A stretch of DNA of 64,000 nucleotides from Octopus vulgaris (Eukaryota): NCBI GenBank assembly GCA_951406725.2, contig OX597826.1, positions 33,914,001-33,978,000 on the forward strand, in the 5' to 3' direction. Numbering within the stretch: position 1 is the first letter of the stretch; each line of letters opens with the position of its first letter. Below the pieces are notes generated by a model that saw only the letters and a program-made list of their open reading frames with translations, ran no database searches and was not told the DNA's origin. Below, one piece after another: positions 39,175 to 53,910 of this stretch. Made by a program: the position numbers and the translations under genes.

Positions 39175-39875
39175 GCTGGTACTCCATTGGTTATAATGAT
39201 GAGGGCCCTAGTTGTTCAAATCAACAGAACTGCATTTTTCGTTTAATTCTTTTATTTGTTCCACTCATTTGGCAGAGATCATGGTGAAGCACCACCTTTA
39301 GTCGAACAAGTTGACCCCAGGACTTATTCCTTGTAAGCCTAGTACTTATTCTATCGGTCTCTTTTGCTGAATCTCTAAGTTACAGGGATGTAAACACACC
39401 AGCATTGGTTGTCAAACGATGATGGGGAACACAAACACACAAACACACACATATATATATATATATATACGACAGGCTTCTTTCAGTTTCCATCTACCAA
39501 ATCCACTCACAAGGCGTTGGTCAGCCCAAGGCTATAGTAGAAGGCACTTGCCCAAGTTGCCATGCAGTGGGACTGAACCCAGAACCATGTGGTTGGTAAG
39601 CAAGCTACCTACCACATAGCAACTCCTGCGCCTTGTGAAATTAATGTGAAAGTGGCTGGGTACTCCCTAGATACGTGCACCCTTAATGTAGTTCTCAGGG
39701 AGATTCAGCATGACACAGAATGTGACAAGGATGGCCCCTTTGTAATTACAGGTGCAACTCGATTTTGTTAACTGAGAGGGCAGGAGTGACATGAAATAAA
39801 GTGTCTTGCTCAAGGACTCATGATCTCACATTCATGAGTAGAATACCCTAACCACTGGGCCATGTGTCTGCACTA
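39175..39875 (-). mobile_element. SINE family D with nested full-length SINE A (39247-39632)
   Basis: D head acatggcccagtggttagggta at about 39865; the body resumes left of the A copy. Confidence 0.7.
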
Positions 39876-40423
39876 CATCTGTATAACCATGCAGACCACT
39901 GCTGTACCAATGCAATTGCATAAGTGATTAAAAACAATTTCTAGTTACTGTTTACTCTTGGCAGGTCTCCCTACTTCAGTGAACTGTGCCTCCACATCTC
40001 TGCATGGAATTTAACTGCAGAGTCTCCAAAGAGAAACTTTAAAAGGTACAACTACACTGATATTGGGCCCTGGGTGGGGGCAGGTTGTTCATTCAAAATT
40101 CAAAGAGTGTACAAGAAATTAATCAAAAAGTAAGGGCTCTTCTAGTACCTACTGCTGCCACATTGTCTCCCGAGGCCCCAGAACAAAGAACTGTTTTGTC
40201 TGTATGTTTTTCCAAAGGCCCTGAATTAATCTCTGTCTGACATGATACAGTGTCAGTGGTATGATAACAATCATGGACCAATCTTCTCCCTTTAGACTGA
40301 TGTTCTGTCAACATCAACTGTTGTTCACAATAATAAATGGCTCACCATCATCTTGGAACACAATCTGTTGTGCTTCTTAGTCTTGTGGGGTGCATGGCAA
40401 CCTCAGTTCTGCTTCTGCACAAA

Positions 40424-40594
40424 AAAGCACCCAGTCCATGCTGTGAAGTGGTTAGCAATAGGAAGGGTGTTCAGCCATAGAAACCCTGTCAAAGCAGATA
40501 GTGGAGCATGGGGCAGTCCTCGGACTCATCAGATCCAATCGAACCATTCGACATATGCTGGCCTGGAATGTGGATGTTAAATGCTGATGATGAT
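40424..40594 (+). mobile_element. Family C tail
   Basis: aaaagcacccag...gtggttagcaataggaaggg...ggatgttaaatgctgatgat. Confidence 0.7.
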
Positions 40595-41030
40595 GTGGAG
40601 GAGGAGGAGGATGGGGATGAGGAGGGGGATGATATGATGAGGATTACGATGATGATGATGACAAGGATGGGGATGATGATGATGATGAAAAGGAAGTGGA
40701 GGATGAGGATGATTCTGAAGAGGTGGAAGGGGGAGGAGCAAGATGAGCAGGATGATGATAAAGATGAAGATAATGATGATGAAGAAGAGGAGGAAGGGGA
40801 GATGGATGAGGATGAGGATGATGATGATGATGAGGACGATGATGAGGATGATGATGATGAGGAGGAGGATGAAGTTGATGAGGTTGATGATGAGGATAAT
40901 GAGGAGGAGGAGGAGAAGGATGAGGAAGGATAATGAGGTGGATGATGATGACGATGAAGATGAGGTGGATGATGATAATGATGGAGATAAGGATGATGAT
41001 GATGATGATGTTGATTTGGATGAGGAGGAC
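40590..41030. repeat. (GAT)/(GAG) low-complexity tract
   Basis: Direct reading. Confidence 0.9.
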
Positions 41031-41169
41031 GAAAAGCTCATTTGTTCTTTTTCCATGCTAGTATGGATGGCCCAAAGATCAATTTGAGGCAGGATTTAAC
41101 AATCAGATGCTGTTCTCCTCAACCTTTATCTCTTTCTCAAATAATCTCAATAAAGAGCCATGATTTTCT

Positions 41170-41510
41170 GTCTTCTAATCAGTCATCGTGTATTTAGGAC
41201 TACATTATTGTTTTGTATTCTTTCATTTTAATGAATAGTAAACTTCTCTTTCTAACAATGATCATCAATTTTATATCTAGGTATAGTGTATCTTGGGCTA
41301 CATTGTATTGTGTGTTCATCCATCTTAACTCAAAGAAAAGTTCTATTTCTAACAATGAATCAGTCATGATGACTCATTTTATATCCGAGCACAGTGTAGC
41401 TAGGACTACATTATTTTATGTATTCTTACATTTTAATGATTAATCATTTTCTATTTCTGGTTTTAGCAATGATCATCCATTTTATATTCAGTCACAATGT
41501 ATCTAGTTAT
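41170..41510. repeat. Diverged tandem repeat, unit about 100 bp, 3-4 copies
   Basis: Recurrent caatga...cattttatat...gtgta..taggactacatt..ttgtattc..cattttaatga. Confidence 0.65.
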
Positions 41511-43420
41511 ATTTATGGCTTTAAAAGATTGTAGAGCGCTACTTCTAAACAAATCTGACAACCATATCAAGGTTTATTCATTGGATCAATAAAAGTTGAG
41601 TTTGATCTTTGAAGGATTTAGAAAATTTCATCAACTTCTGGCAAAAATAAGCTTCAGTGGTTTACTATTTCCTGCTTAGTATCTTTAGCTGGACTTGAAC
41701 TCAAGTCTTCAAGATAACAAGACATTACAAAATTTCGGTGTTCAGAAGGGCATCCTGCTTTGGAAACCATGCTGGAACAGACAATGGGGCCTCATGTAGC
41801 CCTTGGCTTTATCAGTTCTGGTCAAACCATCAAACACATGCCAGCATGGAAAATGGACATTAGATGATGTTCATGATGATGATGATTTGTTGCCTCCAGT
41901 TGTAAACTATACCTACTCATGATACCTATTTATTATAAAGTGAATTGAGGCAGCCAAAATTGTTTCTATTTTAGGCATATAACCAGCAATTTTGAAGGAT
42001 TTAGTGGATGCAATCAACCTGAGTTCTTGACTGTTATTTCATCTTATTGATCCTGGGAGAAGGAAAAAGAAAAATATTGATTCCCGTAGGTTTTGAATGC
42101 AAAATATAAAAAGCTAGCAGAAATATTATTTGATGTTTTGTCTGATGTTCTTATGATTCTGTTGATCTCCCACTCTTGAGCTAACCAAAATTAGTAGCAT
42201 GAAAATAGTGAAGCTGAAACTGTCTATCCTGGTTTTATTTATCTAAGGCACTCTGACAAGAGAGCACAAATATGTTGTTTTGCTCCTTCTTTGAACAGCA
42301 AAGCATTAACCACTCAAATGCTCTTTTGTCATTAATGTAAAATTCTTTGCCAACAAACTATCAAGTTCTGTTTAGAACTGACAAAATAGAATAGTCCGAA
42401 ACATGACAAAACTTATTTCTGTGCACAATAATCATATATTTTCCCTTTCCTTCAATATATAAATTAACTTTAAGATATTAATTCTTAATTTCATGAAATT
42501 ATCTCTTTTCTTTTCTTGGTAAATTTCTAATAATTTCCCCCAGGATGTTGTCTCAATTGCTTATGATTTCATTTCCTATATACCTAATTAGATGTTATGT
42601 AAATCCATTTTTAACTTAATTATACAGATAATAAGAGCCTTCATTTGCAGATGGACTAAGCAGAGCAAGAGTACACACGAGGATTGGAAGTGTCACGGAA
42701 GAGGCCACAAATGTGTGACGAAAGATAGACAGATAATACTCCATCAACTTAATGACTTAACTATGCATGTTTCTTTTCTTCAAAGTCTTACTCTGTTTAT
42801 CAGTACTGTTATGTAACTGAAAACTGTATATTTGGATTCCCTTGTGTCGTTTCTACCAGATTCTTACTCTAGTGAAACAGTTCTATGTATTAATATCACT
42901 GAGAATTGTGTATTTGGATTTTCTTGTGGCATTTCCGTTAGATATCTTAATATATGCCCCAACCTAGTTCTTCACTTGAAGAATTTCTGCAAAATAGGAT
43001 ATTTCTTGGTTCTTGCTGGCAAGTAAAAGACATCTGATACCGCAACACAGCTAATATCTGAATCAGCCTGTATTCCTTAATCTCAAAGAATATCTGTGAG
43101 TGCTGAAATGATGCCAATGGTGTGATGCCTTGTTTCTCATTTGTAGGGAATTTTCTAGACAGCAGGCAATGTTATCTTATCAAAGAATTTGCATAACGAC
43201 TGGGAAAAATTGATGAAAAATAAGAACAGGCAAGCTAATTTGTTGTGAAGGAACGGTAATGAGTGACAAAGTCTTTGATCTGTCAGATAAAACTGGGAAC
43301 TGAGATCGATAGAAGCACAGAGCAAAAAGAAAGACAGGAAGATATAGAGAGATAAAGAGAGAAAAAGGAAGATATAGAGAGAAATGGACAGAGAGAGAGA
43401 GTGATAGAGAAAGAAAGAAA

Positions 43421-43458
<38 letters not shown>

Positions 43459-44589
43459 GCACATGCAACAGCAAAAGTAGCAGTGACAGATAATATGGGA
43501 AGACATCGTTTTGTTTATTTTTTCTTTTTTAAATGTTTTTGGTTTATTTTTATTTCAATTTTCTTTTTCGCTCGCTATTTTGATTTATAATAACGTTCAT
43601 TTTCAATATTTATAATTGGATGGCTGTTTTGAACAGGTATCCAATTATAAAATTGAACACTTATTGAACAGGTATCTAATATGTGGGAGAATAGATTGCG
43701 TCTCCAACTTGTTGCTATGAAAGTTATTTTATGATATTTTAACAGTTAATGGTTAGCTCAGCATTAGCAGGATTATATTCCAGCGCTATAATGGTAACGG
43801 CAAAGACAGAAATTCATCATCATCATCATCATTGTCATAACATCACCATCATTACCATCATCCTCATCTTTATCCTCCTCCTCCTCCTCCTTATCATCAT
43901 CATCATCATCGTCATCATCATCATCTTCACCATCATCATCATCATCATCATCATCAACATCATTGTCATCTTCACCACCATCACCACCACAACCACCAAT
44001 AAAAGGGCCAATATCATGGCCCTTCATTGTCATACCTTCATTTTCTTTTCTTTATTCCATGCTGGCTCTGGCTCTGGCTGCAAACGTTTCCACAATCTGG
44101 GTTAGTTCTTATAACAAATTACTACCCTTCTAGAAGGATCTGGGGAACCACATCTCATCTGCGAGTTCCAATTTTGGCATGGTTTCTACTTGTGAATATC
44201 CTTCCTGTCACCAGCCACTTAAAACAAAAAGTATTGGATGCCTTTTATCATGGCACCAGCATCAGAGAGGTTGTCACGTTGTTGACATGACTAAGGAACA
44301 CTCTCTACTCCATGTTGTCTCTGTTCCTTCATATTTTAAGCATTAAAAAAGTCGACAAAACTGAGGATTCTCTTTCTTTCTATGTTGTTACAATTGTAGA
44401 CACAAAGTTTTGTCTACACATCTTTGGGTGGTTGGGTGAAGGGTTGACAGTTCTGGTTGTTGCATTGTTTTGGCAGAATTATATGATGGATGTGCGAGGG
44501 TTCTGAATGTAAGATCAACAACAGGAGGAAATGTGTTGCGAGATATTTAGCTGCTACTTTGAGCAAATCAAGAAGGGTTAGAAACTACA

Positions 44590-45140
44590 ATGAGAAAGAG
44601 AAAGTGAATGAAGAAGGAAATGAAGAGGGAAAAGGAGAAGAGGAGGAGGGGAATGGAGAAGAAGGTAATGACTAGGAAGAAGGAGAAGGAGGAGGAGAGG
44701 AGGGTGAGGAGAAGGTGGAGAAGAAGAAGAAGAAGAAGAAGAAGAGAAGGAGAGAAGGAGAGGAGAAGAAGAAGAAGAAGAAGAAGAAGAAGAAGAAAGG
44801 AGAGGAGAGGAGAATAATAATAAGAAGAAGAAGAAGAGAAGGAGAGAAGGAGAGGAGAATAATAATAAGAAGAAGAAGGAGGAGAGAAGAAGGAGAGAAG
44901 AAGAAGAAGAAGAAGAAGAAGAAGAAGAAGAAGAAGAAGAAGAAGAAGAAGAAGAAGAAGAAGAAGAAGAAGAAGAAGAAGAAGAATGTGTTAGGAGTAA
45001 ACAACAAAAAAGAAAAGAATAAGTCGGATTAATGAGTGTATGAAAAAGGAGAAGAGAAGAAAAAGGAGAAGACAAGCTGAAGAAGAAGATGAGAAAGAAA
45101 AGTGTGAGGAGGAAGGGGAGGAGGCGGAGGAAGGGGAAGC
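44590..45140. repeat. (GAA)/(GGA) purine tract
   Basis: Direct reading. Confidence 0.95.
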
Positions 45141-45747
45141 AACATGAAAACTGGCCTCAGTGCATTTCCATTTCTGCTGTACTTTTTCTTGGCAAAGCTT
45201 TGTAGATCAAACATTTGATTCTAACCATGGCAGAGCAATTGTCGGTGCTTTATTTTTACATATGACATTAATTGGTCATTTCTGAAGGCTGACACCTCTT
45301 ATTTTCCTATATTCTTATTCATCTTTATATTCCAGCATGACAAAAAAAGAAAAGAAAAAAAGAAAAAGGAATGAAAGAGAGGAAATATCCATTTCTACTG
45401 AACAAAGACTAAATATAGAGAAAGAACGACATCATCTGGAGAATTAACATATATTAGTGACAACTGCATAGTATTAGCTGATCCAAAGACCAAGTTTTCA
45501 TTGATGCCGATAATAGTAATGTGAATTATAGTCATGATTCTAATGTCACTAAAGCATGTAGCAATGACGTTCACTTCTCTCTTCTTCCCTGAATGGATAA
45601 CTACCATTATAAATTACTAAGAAAATAAGCACCAGTTGAACAGTAGGGTTGATGTAATAAACTTACACCACAAACTCTCACCTCTCCCACACTTGCTGCT
45701 CTTGTGGTCCAAAATCTGAAGCCATTATTACTGTTGTTATTATTATT

Positions 45748-45879
<132 letters not shown>

Positions 45880-45934
45880 GTTATCATTATTATTATCATT
45901 ATTCTGTAGTTTTATTTTTATAACACACTTTCAC

Positions 45935-46552
45935 TTCACTACTGAGTACAGCTCTGTGTGCCTTGGATATGTGCTATGGTTTGCTGTGATGCTCTGATGG
46001 TTGCTGTATTGAAAGTGTTTTGTGTAGGATGTGTGCAGTGCCTAGTAGTGCAATTTTCTGTATGTTGTATATTGTTGTAAGTCCTGGTGTTTTTGTTATG
46101 TATTTGTCTGAATATTTTTTAATCACACCTAATGTGCCTACTATGATAGGAATTGTTTCTGTTTTTAGATTCCACATTAGAGTTACCTCTATTTCCAGGT
46201 CTTTGTATTTTGAAAGTTTCTCCATTTCTTTTAGAGAAAAGTTGTCATCTGCTGGTATTGATACGTCAATTAGAAAGCATTTTTTTTCTTCATGATCTCT
46301 GACAACTATATCTGGCCTATTGGCCTTAATTTCTCTATCTGTGTGTATTGGCATATCCCATAGTATGGTTGCTTTCTCGTTTTCTGTGACCTTTTCTGGT
46401 GAGTGCCTATACCATCTTTTTTCTGTTGTTATTCCATAGTGTTGGCATAGCTTCTGGTGTATGTAGGTCCCAACTTTGTCGTGTCTGTGAATATATTCCT
46501 TCTTAGCCAGGACTGGGCAGCCAGAGATAATATAATTTATTGTTTCTTGCCC
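45935..46552 (-). mobile_element. R4/Dong-clade non-LTR retrotransposon 3' fragment (restriction-like endonuclease domain)
   Basis: QETINYIISGCPVLAKKEYIHRHDKV...ILWDMPIHTDREIKANRPDIVV...LIDVSIP...EKLSKYKDL...QKIALLGTAHIL; flanked by (TTA)n. Confidence 0.9.
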
Positions 46553-46574
46553 ATTATTATTATTATATCATCAT

Positions 46575-47182
46575 CATCATCATTAACCTGCTGGACGAAA
46601 TACTTTGTGGCTTTTTTAACAACTCTGCTCTGAGTTCAAATGCTGCCAAAGTCAACATTGCTTTCATCTTTCAGAGTTAATAAAATGAAGTACTGATGTG
46701 CTTAATTAAACCCCTCCACCTAAAATTCCTGGCCTTGTACCAAAATTTCATGCCATTATTATAATTATGTGATGGTAAGGCAGGAAACTGGCAGCATTGT
46801 TAGCATTCCAGGCCCACCAGCATTCTACCCATCTTCACATTCTGAGTTAAAATTCTGCCGGAATCAATTTTGTTTTTTGGCCTTTTAGAGGTGGTAAAAA
46901 AAAGGATCAGTTGAGTACCAGGGTTGAGTTAACCCCTCTCCCAAAATTGCACCAAAGTTTGAAACCATTATTAAGGTGCCAAGTGGGTGGCAACAATGGA
47001 TAAAACAGCGGAATTTCGTTCATCTTTACATTCGGCTTTCAAATTCCACCAAGGTTGACCCTACCTTTTATCCTTCCTGGGTCTATAGAATAAGTAGCAG
47101 TCAAGTACTGGGTTCGATGGGATCGATTTGCTCCTCCCTTCAAAATGTACAAGCCTTGTGCCTACAGTAGAAAAGATTATTA
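46575..47182 (+). mobile_element. Three tandem SINE B copies
   Basis: Three successive ...tcaaat/taaaatt...ggccttgt-type blocks separated by ATT repeats. Confidence 0.75.
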
Positions 47183-47879
47183 TGCCTGTTTTGTGTCTAT
47201 ATGAAATTTCAGATTACTGGATGTTTTCAGAATCACAATAGGACCACTTCTGTTTTTAAACTTCTCTCCATGAATTCATTTCTCACAAACAGAATAAATA
47301 CAATTTCTGTGATGAAAAGAAATTTTGACTGAAGTAGCATTTCTTTTGATAGTTTTCCCATCAAATGTAGAGAGGTCTCTTGAAAATATTAAAACCATTC
47401 TTTCTTGGCATACAAACTTATTCCATTATTAAGAATTTTATTGAATTGATTCTTACAGATGCTGACCATTAATAGTTTCAGGTAGAGACTGGTGGTATCA
47501 TGGAATACCCAGATTTGTGGCCCATTCACACCCACCCTCTATCAGCCCTTCCATTCACTCTCAGAATTCATACTCAAAATATTTCTTCATCTTTTATTGT
47601 TTTGACAACCAAAATGGTAACACAAATTCCCCTTCTACATTCCCAGACAAAGGGAAATGCTAGAAAATTTTAATTTAGACCCTTCATTTTTCACGGCATT
47701 GGAATTTGTAAAATTCTTCTGAAGGTGAAGAATTTGCTGAGCTGTTAGAACACTAGATAGAATGGTTTGTAGTATTTGTTTCATCCCTGTGCATTCTGAA
47801 TTGAAATCCTACTGTAAGTTATCCTTCTGGGGCCAATAAATGAAGTATGAGCCAAGTCTTAGAAGAATCTTCTCCTTCC

Positions 47880-48080
47880 ACTCCTCTCTCCTTCCTCGTT
47901 CCACTCTTCTCTGTCTGTCTGCCTATATGCCTGTCTGTCTGTCTCTCTCTCATGTCTGTCTATCTCTCTCTCATTCTGTCTCTGTCTGTCTATCTCTCTC
48001 TCATTCTGTCTCTGTCTGTCTGTCTGTCTATCTCTCTCTCATTCTGTCTCTGTCTGTCTGTCTGTCTGTCTCTCTTTCTT
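47880..48080. repeat. (TC)/(TCTG) tract with units of about 30-38 bp
   Basis: tctctctctcattctgtctctgtctgtc repeated. Confidence 0.85.
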
Positions 48081-49407
48081 GAACTAAGCTACAGTGCACT
48101 GTAAGAAGGGTTGAGAGGGGGACTACTTACAATGGTCGGCACCGAGAAGGGTTGAGCAAAGAGCTACTAGTCCCTTCACAAAGAATGAGCGATATATTAT
48201 CAGAACCATTTGAAGACAAACCAATTAGGTAATATAGCATGAAATGGAAATAAAGAAAAAAAAAACACAAAGAAGCACTTCCATAAAGTTTTCTATGGAC
48301 TAAATGCTACCGAAAAAGCACACCTTCTTCACCCACCAATTTCCTCACCAATTCCAGATTTTACCCATTAATAGTTTCTTTAGACTCTGGCAGTGCCATT
48401 GTCTATGAATTTATTGTAGTTCTATCTGGCATTCCCATGACTGATGTGAAATAAGTAGCTCCATCGTCTAGCGACTCAATATGTCACTGTATTCCACCAC
48501 TCCTTACTGCTCTCTCTCTCTCTGTCTGTCTTTCTCTGTTTAACTCTATTCAAGCTAGATCTAAAGCATAATAAAGCTCACTTAATCAATAATCAAATAC
48601 TTGTCAGTTATTCAAGAGACCCTCTAATCACACCAACATTTGCTTAGTCAGTGGGTCGGTATTGAATGTCACTCTAATTGGTTTGAACGTCGTCATCATC
48701 ATCATCATCATCACTATCACCACCACCACCACCACCATCATCATCGTCGTCGTCATCGTCATCACTATTATCACTATCACCACCACCACCATTATCATCA
48801 TCATCATCATTACTGTCATCATCGTCGTCGTCATCGTCATTGTCGTCATCATCATCGTCATCATCATTATCGTCATCGCAATCAATAATAACCTATGTTC
48901 AGTTATAACAGACATTCCTACAAAAGATAAACACGGAGCATATCTATAAACACACATACAAAGCAAAATATGCTAAGATATCAACGGGTATATCTATCTT
49001 TCTACCAATATATATGTGTGTATGAGTGTGTGTGTGCATGTGCATGTGCATGTATACACATATATATATGCACACACACACACACACATATACAAACATA
49101 TACAAATATATAAATATATATGTGTATTCTTTAGCTTGCTTCAGTCATTGGATTGCAGCCATGCTGGAGCACCACCTTAAGGGTTTAAGTCAAACTAATC
49201 ACTAACATTTGAGTAATGACCCATTCATGCTCAACTTTACATAGATGATATCTTAAGTATTGAGTAATTATTTTGCTTAATTGAATTTCACACTAATGGG
49301 AAACCACTGTATGTATGTATATATGTGTTTATGTATGTATGTATGTATGTGTGTATGAATGTATGTGTCTATGTGTGTGTGAGTGTGTGTGTGTGTGTGT
49401 GTGTATG

Positions 49408-49865
49408 TCATCATCGTCATTATCATCATCATCTAACGTCCGTTGTCCAGACTTGCATGGGTTGGACGGTTTGACCAGGCTAGCACCCTGGAAGGCTGGA
49501 TGACCTTCATAATGCCAACTACTCAGAGAGTGCAATGAGTGCTTTTACATGCCACTAGCACAGGTGCCATTTGCATGACATGGGTGTGTTTATGTGCCAC
49601 TGGCAAGGGTGCCAATTTGTGTGATACCACTATCTGCCACGACTGCGCTTTTGCTTGGCTTAATGGGTCTTCTTCTCAATCATGATATAATGCCAAAGGT
49701 CTTTGTCATTGTCTCCTTGAGGCCCAGCACTCGAAAGGAACTCAGCCACTTTACCTCTATGAGGCCTAACGCTTGAAAGGAATTCAGCCACTTTGCCTCT
49801 ATGAGGCCAAATGCTTGAAAGAAATTCATCCACTTTGCTTCCGTGAGACCCAGCACTCAAAAGAA
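49408..49865 (-). mobile_element. RTE 3' end/family C copy with an internal 42-bp tandem amplification
   Basis: Family C tail; peptide remnant DKDLWHYIMIEKK; about 3.5 copies of gaggcc...gaaaggaactcagccactttgcctctat at 49718-49865. Confidence 0.75.
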
Positions 49866-50007
49866 GTTATGTATGTATTTCATTATTCCCACAGACAAAT
49901 ATGATGGCATATCATTTCCTTTGGTACACCAAAGAGAAGAGAAGTTGTGTGCTGGGGAATTTCATGTAGTTAAAGTCCTTCCCTTTATTAGGATTTTGGT
50001 GTAGGTA

Positions 50008-50205
50008 AAGGTGACCAGCTGGCAGCACTGTTAGCATGCTAGGTAAAACACTTTAGGTTCTGAGTTCAAATTCCACCAAGGTTGTCTTTGCCTTTTATCC
50101 TTTTAGAGATGACAAAATAAGAACCAGTTGAGTGCTGAGGTCGATGTAATTGACTTAACCCTCCCCAGAAATTGCTGGCCTTGTATTAAAATTTGAAACC
50201 AATAT
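50008..50205 (+). mobile_element. SINE family B copy
   Basis: Matches the B consensus. Confidence 0.8.
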
Positions 50206-50228
50206 TTTGTTGTATGTTGGAGAAGTCA

Positions 50229-50500
50229 TTCATCATCATTATCATCATCATCATCATCGTTTAATATCCGTTTTCCATGCTGGCATGGGTTGGACAGTTT
50301 GATCGGGGTCTGGGAAGCCAGGAGGTTGCACCAGGCTCCAGTCTGATCTAGCAGTGTTTCTACAGCTGGATGCCCTTCCTAACGCCAACCAATTGTAGTG
50401 GGTGCTTTTTACATGCCACCAGCACAAGGGGTCAGAGGAGGCTGGCAACGGCCACAATTGGTTGGTGTTTTTTATGTGCCACAGTAGCCAGTCAAAGTGG
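50229..50500 (-). mobile_element. Family C copy
   Basis: catcgtttaatatccgttttccatgctggcatgggttggac. Confidence 0.85.
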
Positions 50501-50872
50501 CACTTTTTAAAAAAGTAGGGCATAAATGCCAGTGTATGGACACAGTCAGAATGACTGCTGTATCCTACCCCACTGCTGGCCACAACTTTGTAGTCTCTGT
50601 TACAGCTGTCTATGTTACATCTTTACAGCTGTTTCAGAGTTCAAAAACCATTGAGCAGCAGTCAAGATTTTGACATTTTGATTCCAGGGATTAATCACCA
50701 GGTTACAGGCAACTTTTCGTCGGTATTCCCATAACTTCCAGCCCTCCATGTCAGCTAGATTTTACTCAACTACAACTTTGAGATTTATGCTCCCCAACGT
50801 TCTTGACTGTTCAATAATATATCAAGGTGTTCTAAAAAGAAGACAGATCTTCAAATCTAGCCTGAACATACT

Positions 50873-50942
<70 letters not shown>

Positions 50943-51039
50943 ACACACATTCACACTCACTCACACACACACACACACTCACAGACACACACTCACACAT
51001 ACACATACACACACACACTCACTCACACACACACATAAT

Positions 51040-51228
51040 GTGTCAGTGCCATGTAAAAAAGCACCCAGCACACTTTCTAAAGTGGCCAGATTTAAGAAGG
51101 GCCATCCAGCTGTAGAAACCTAGACAAATCGGACGGAAACCTGGTGCAGCTCTCCGACTTGCCAGCTCTGGTCAAACCGTCTAACCCATGCCAGCATGGA
51201 AAACAGACGTTAAGGGATGATGATGATG
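51040..51228 (+). mobile_element. Family C copy
   Basis: aaaagcacccag...ccatgccagcatggaaaacagacgttaa-(GAT)n. Confidence 0.85.
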
Positions 51229-51494
51229 GTGATTGCAAAGTTTTTTGTAACAAATACTTGATAGAGTAACAACGTTTAAAGAAGCAGTTTCTTAAACGTT
51301 GAACAACGAAAGTGCTTACACACTATACACATGGCACAAAATCTTCTCTCCAAAAGGTTCGTGACACTGTTTTCTCAAAAATGTTTTTTCAATACTTAAT
51401 AATTTTTAAGAAAATGTTTCTTCACACACACACATACGTATATAGATTGATGATATCGATATAGATAAAGCTAAATATACATTCTCACATATGC

Positions 51495-51547
<53 letters not shown>

Positions 51548-51559
51548 TACATATATATG

Positions 51560-51590
<31 letters not shown>

Positions 51591-52569
51591 GTATGTATAT
51601 ATATATATATGAATAATTGTGTTTACACATGTACATATATAAATATATATTCATGCATATATATATATGTATCTATGTATTATGTGTATATATATGTGTG
51701 TGAGTTTATATGTGCATGTAGTCATATATATATATATTTATATATTTATATATATATGTATATGTATATACACATGCACACATACATACACACATGTATA
51801 TAAACACATAATATATATATATAGTTATTTATTTATAAACAAACATCTAATATTGTTATCTATATTCCAACATATAATCTTTTCTTCACCCTGGCACTGA
51901 TATATTCCGACACCATCAGTACGGTAAGTACGACTCATTAGATAATGACAGAGCAAAATATAACAAAAGATTTTATGCAAAAAATAAAAAAATAAATAAA
52001 TAAACAAACAAAGTAATATGAAAATCCAAAGCAAAACAAACAAATAAAAGGAAAGAAGAAGAAACAAAAATGCAAACAGAAAACAAAATACTCAAAAATA
52101 ATAGAAAAAGAAACTGAAAGAAGATAAAAGTAAATCAAATCAGATATTTCCCAGAAGACAACAGTAACTTCCTCCCATCTGTCCTAATCTACAGCAGTAG
52201 CGCCAGAGTATCAATACTATTACATTTCCTCCTTTACCGATTCCATTGTTTTCATGTCACTAATGGGTTCTGTTACATTAAGAATCTATATATATATATA
52301 TGTGTGTGTGTGTGTATGTGTGTGTGTGTGTGAATGTATGTCCCTGTTAGTGTTTGTGTGTGTGTGTGTGTGTATGAGAGTATTGCAAGATTGATGTATT
52401 TTTTTTCATACTGAGACCAAAAATGTTTTTGGATATAAACACACGCACATGCACACATATACATAAGTGCATACACAAACACACACACACGTGCATGTGT
52501 GTATATGTGTATATACTTATACATATATGTTTGAAAGATATACAATACATATATATATATATATACATT

Positions 52570-52667
<98 letters not shown>

Positions 52668-52789
52668 TATACATTATATCTATATATTTATAATTATACA
52701 CAATACATTTATATATACATGTACACACACACATATATATATATGCATATATATGTCTCCACCCACACCTATATACTTGTGTATGTAAG

Positions 52790-52821
<32 letters not shown>

Positions 52822-53649
52822 TGTATAGATATATTATATATATGTATATATATATACACACACACACTTGTATATATATATATATATACAGAGAAAGAGA
52901 GAAAGAGTGGGGGGAGAGAAGAGAGAGAGAGAGACTTGCATATACACCTATGCATATATATATATATATACATATACACACATAATCTATCTGTAGATGT
53001 CCACATGCATCTTTCTGACTACATTCCTCTTCCATGTTCCAACCTGATGAACTTTCAGAATTCCAGCATGTTCCGTAGAAGCATGTCTTGTCTCCCTTCC
53101 TTACTTTTCTCCCCTACTTTACTGCAGTCCTTTCTTATTGTTTTATCTTATTTCATCCTATCACACCTCCACCCCTTACCATTTCCTTCCAGCCACCTTA
53201 GATACCAGAACAATGCAAATAACTTCATTGTCTTCATACTGAATAATCAGTGAGCTGTCCCCAATTATATGGTATTGAAGTGTAAACCCCACGATGTATC
53301 TATTGATTACATGTGGCATAGGGCGCTGTTAGTGCAGTCTTGGATTTAATTATATAACATGTCTTCTCAAGAAACTGCAGGAGCCTTGTTACAAAGCTAG
53401 AAACCCTCATTATTATCATTATTATTTTATTAGAGCATTGAAAAGCAATGACTTGACAGAAGTGTTACCACACTGGGGAAAATGCAGCTTTTCATCTGCC
53501 TTTACATTCTGAGTTCAGATAGCACCAAGATCAACTTTGCTTTTCTTTCTTTTAGGCTTGAAAAAGTAAGTTCCGATTGATCACTGGGGGTCAAGCAAAT
53601 TGACATACTCAGCTCCTGAAATTGCTGGCCTTGTGCCAAAATTGGGCAC

Positions 53650-53715
<66 letters not shown>

Positions 53716-53716
<1 letters not shown>

Positions 53717-53910
53717 GTCTTTGCACAGCTTCTAACGCTGAAGATGTACTATGGTGCCCACTGTTCACTTCCAGTGAACTAAGGTAATACTGCTTATTTT
53801 TCGAGTGCCTTCTGGAGTATTCAAGCAGTTCCAAGCAGTGCTATTTTCTACAAGTGCTCCATCCTTATTGCAGGCCCTATTTGTCCCATATACATATTGC
53901 GGCCCCTATT
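53716..53910 (-). mobile_element. Second R4/Dong-type 3' end, distinct subfamily
   Basis: Minus strand YMGQIGPAIRMEHL*KIALLGTA*ILQKALEK*, short UTR, then (TAA)n. Confidence 0.75.

Noticed and set aside
40508-40933. Acidic D/E-rich ORF
   Set aside because: (GAT)/(GAG) tract extending from a family C tail; no splice or domain support
48125-48290. Possible minus-strand exon (GTAAGT donor at about 48130 with an upstream pyrimidine tract)
   Set aside because: No well-placed acceptor AG and no recognisable peptide
51880-51935. Plus-strand donor-like cg/gtaagt
   Set aside because: No supporting acceptor or coding frame; expected by chance
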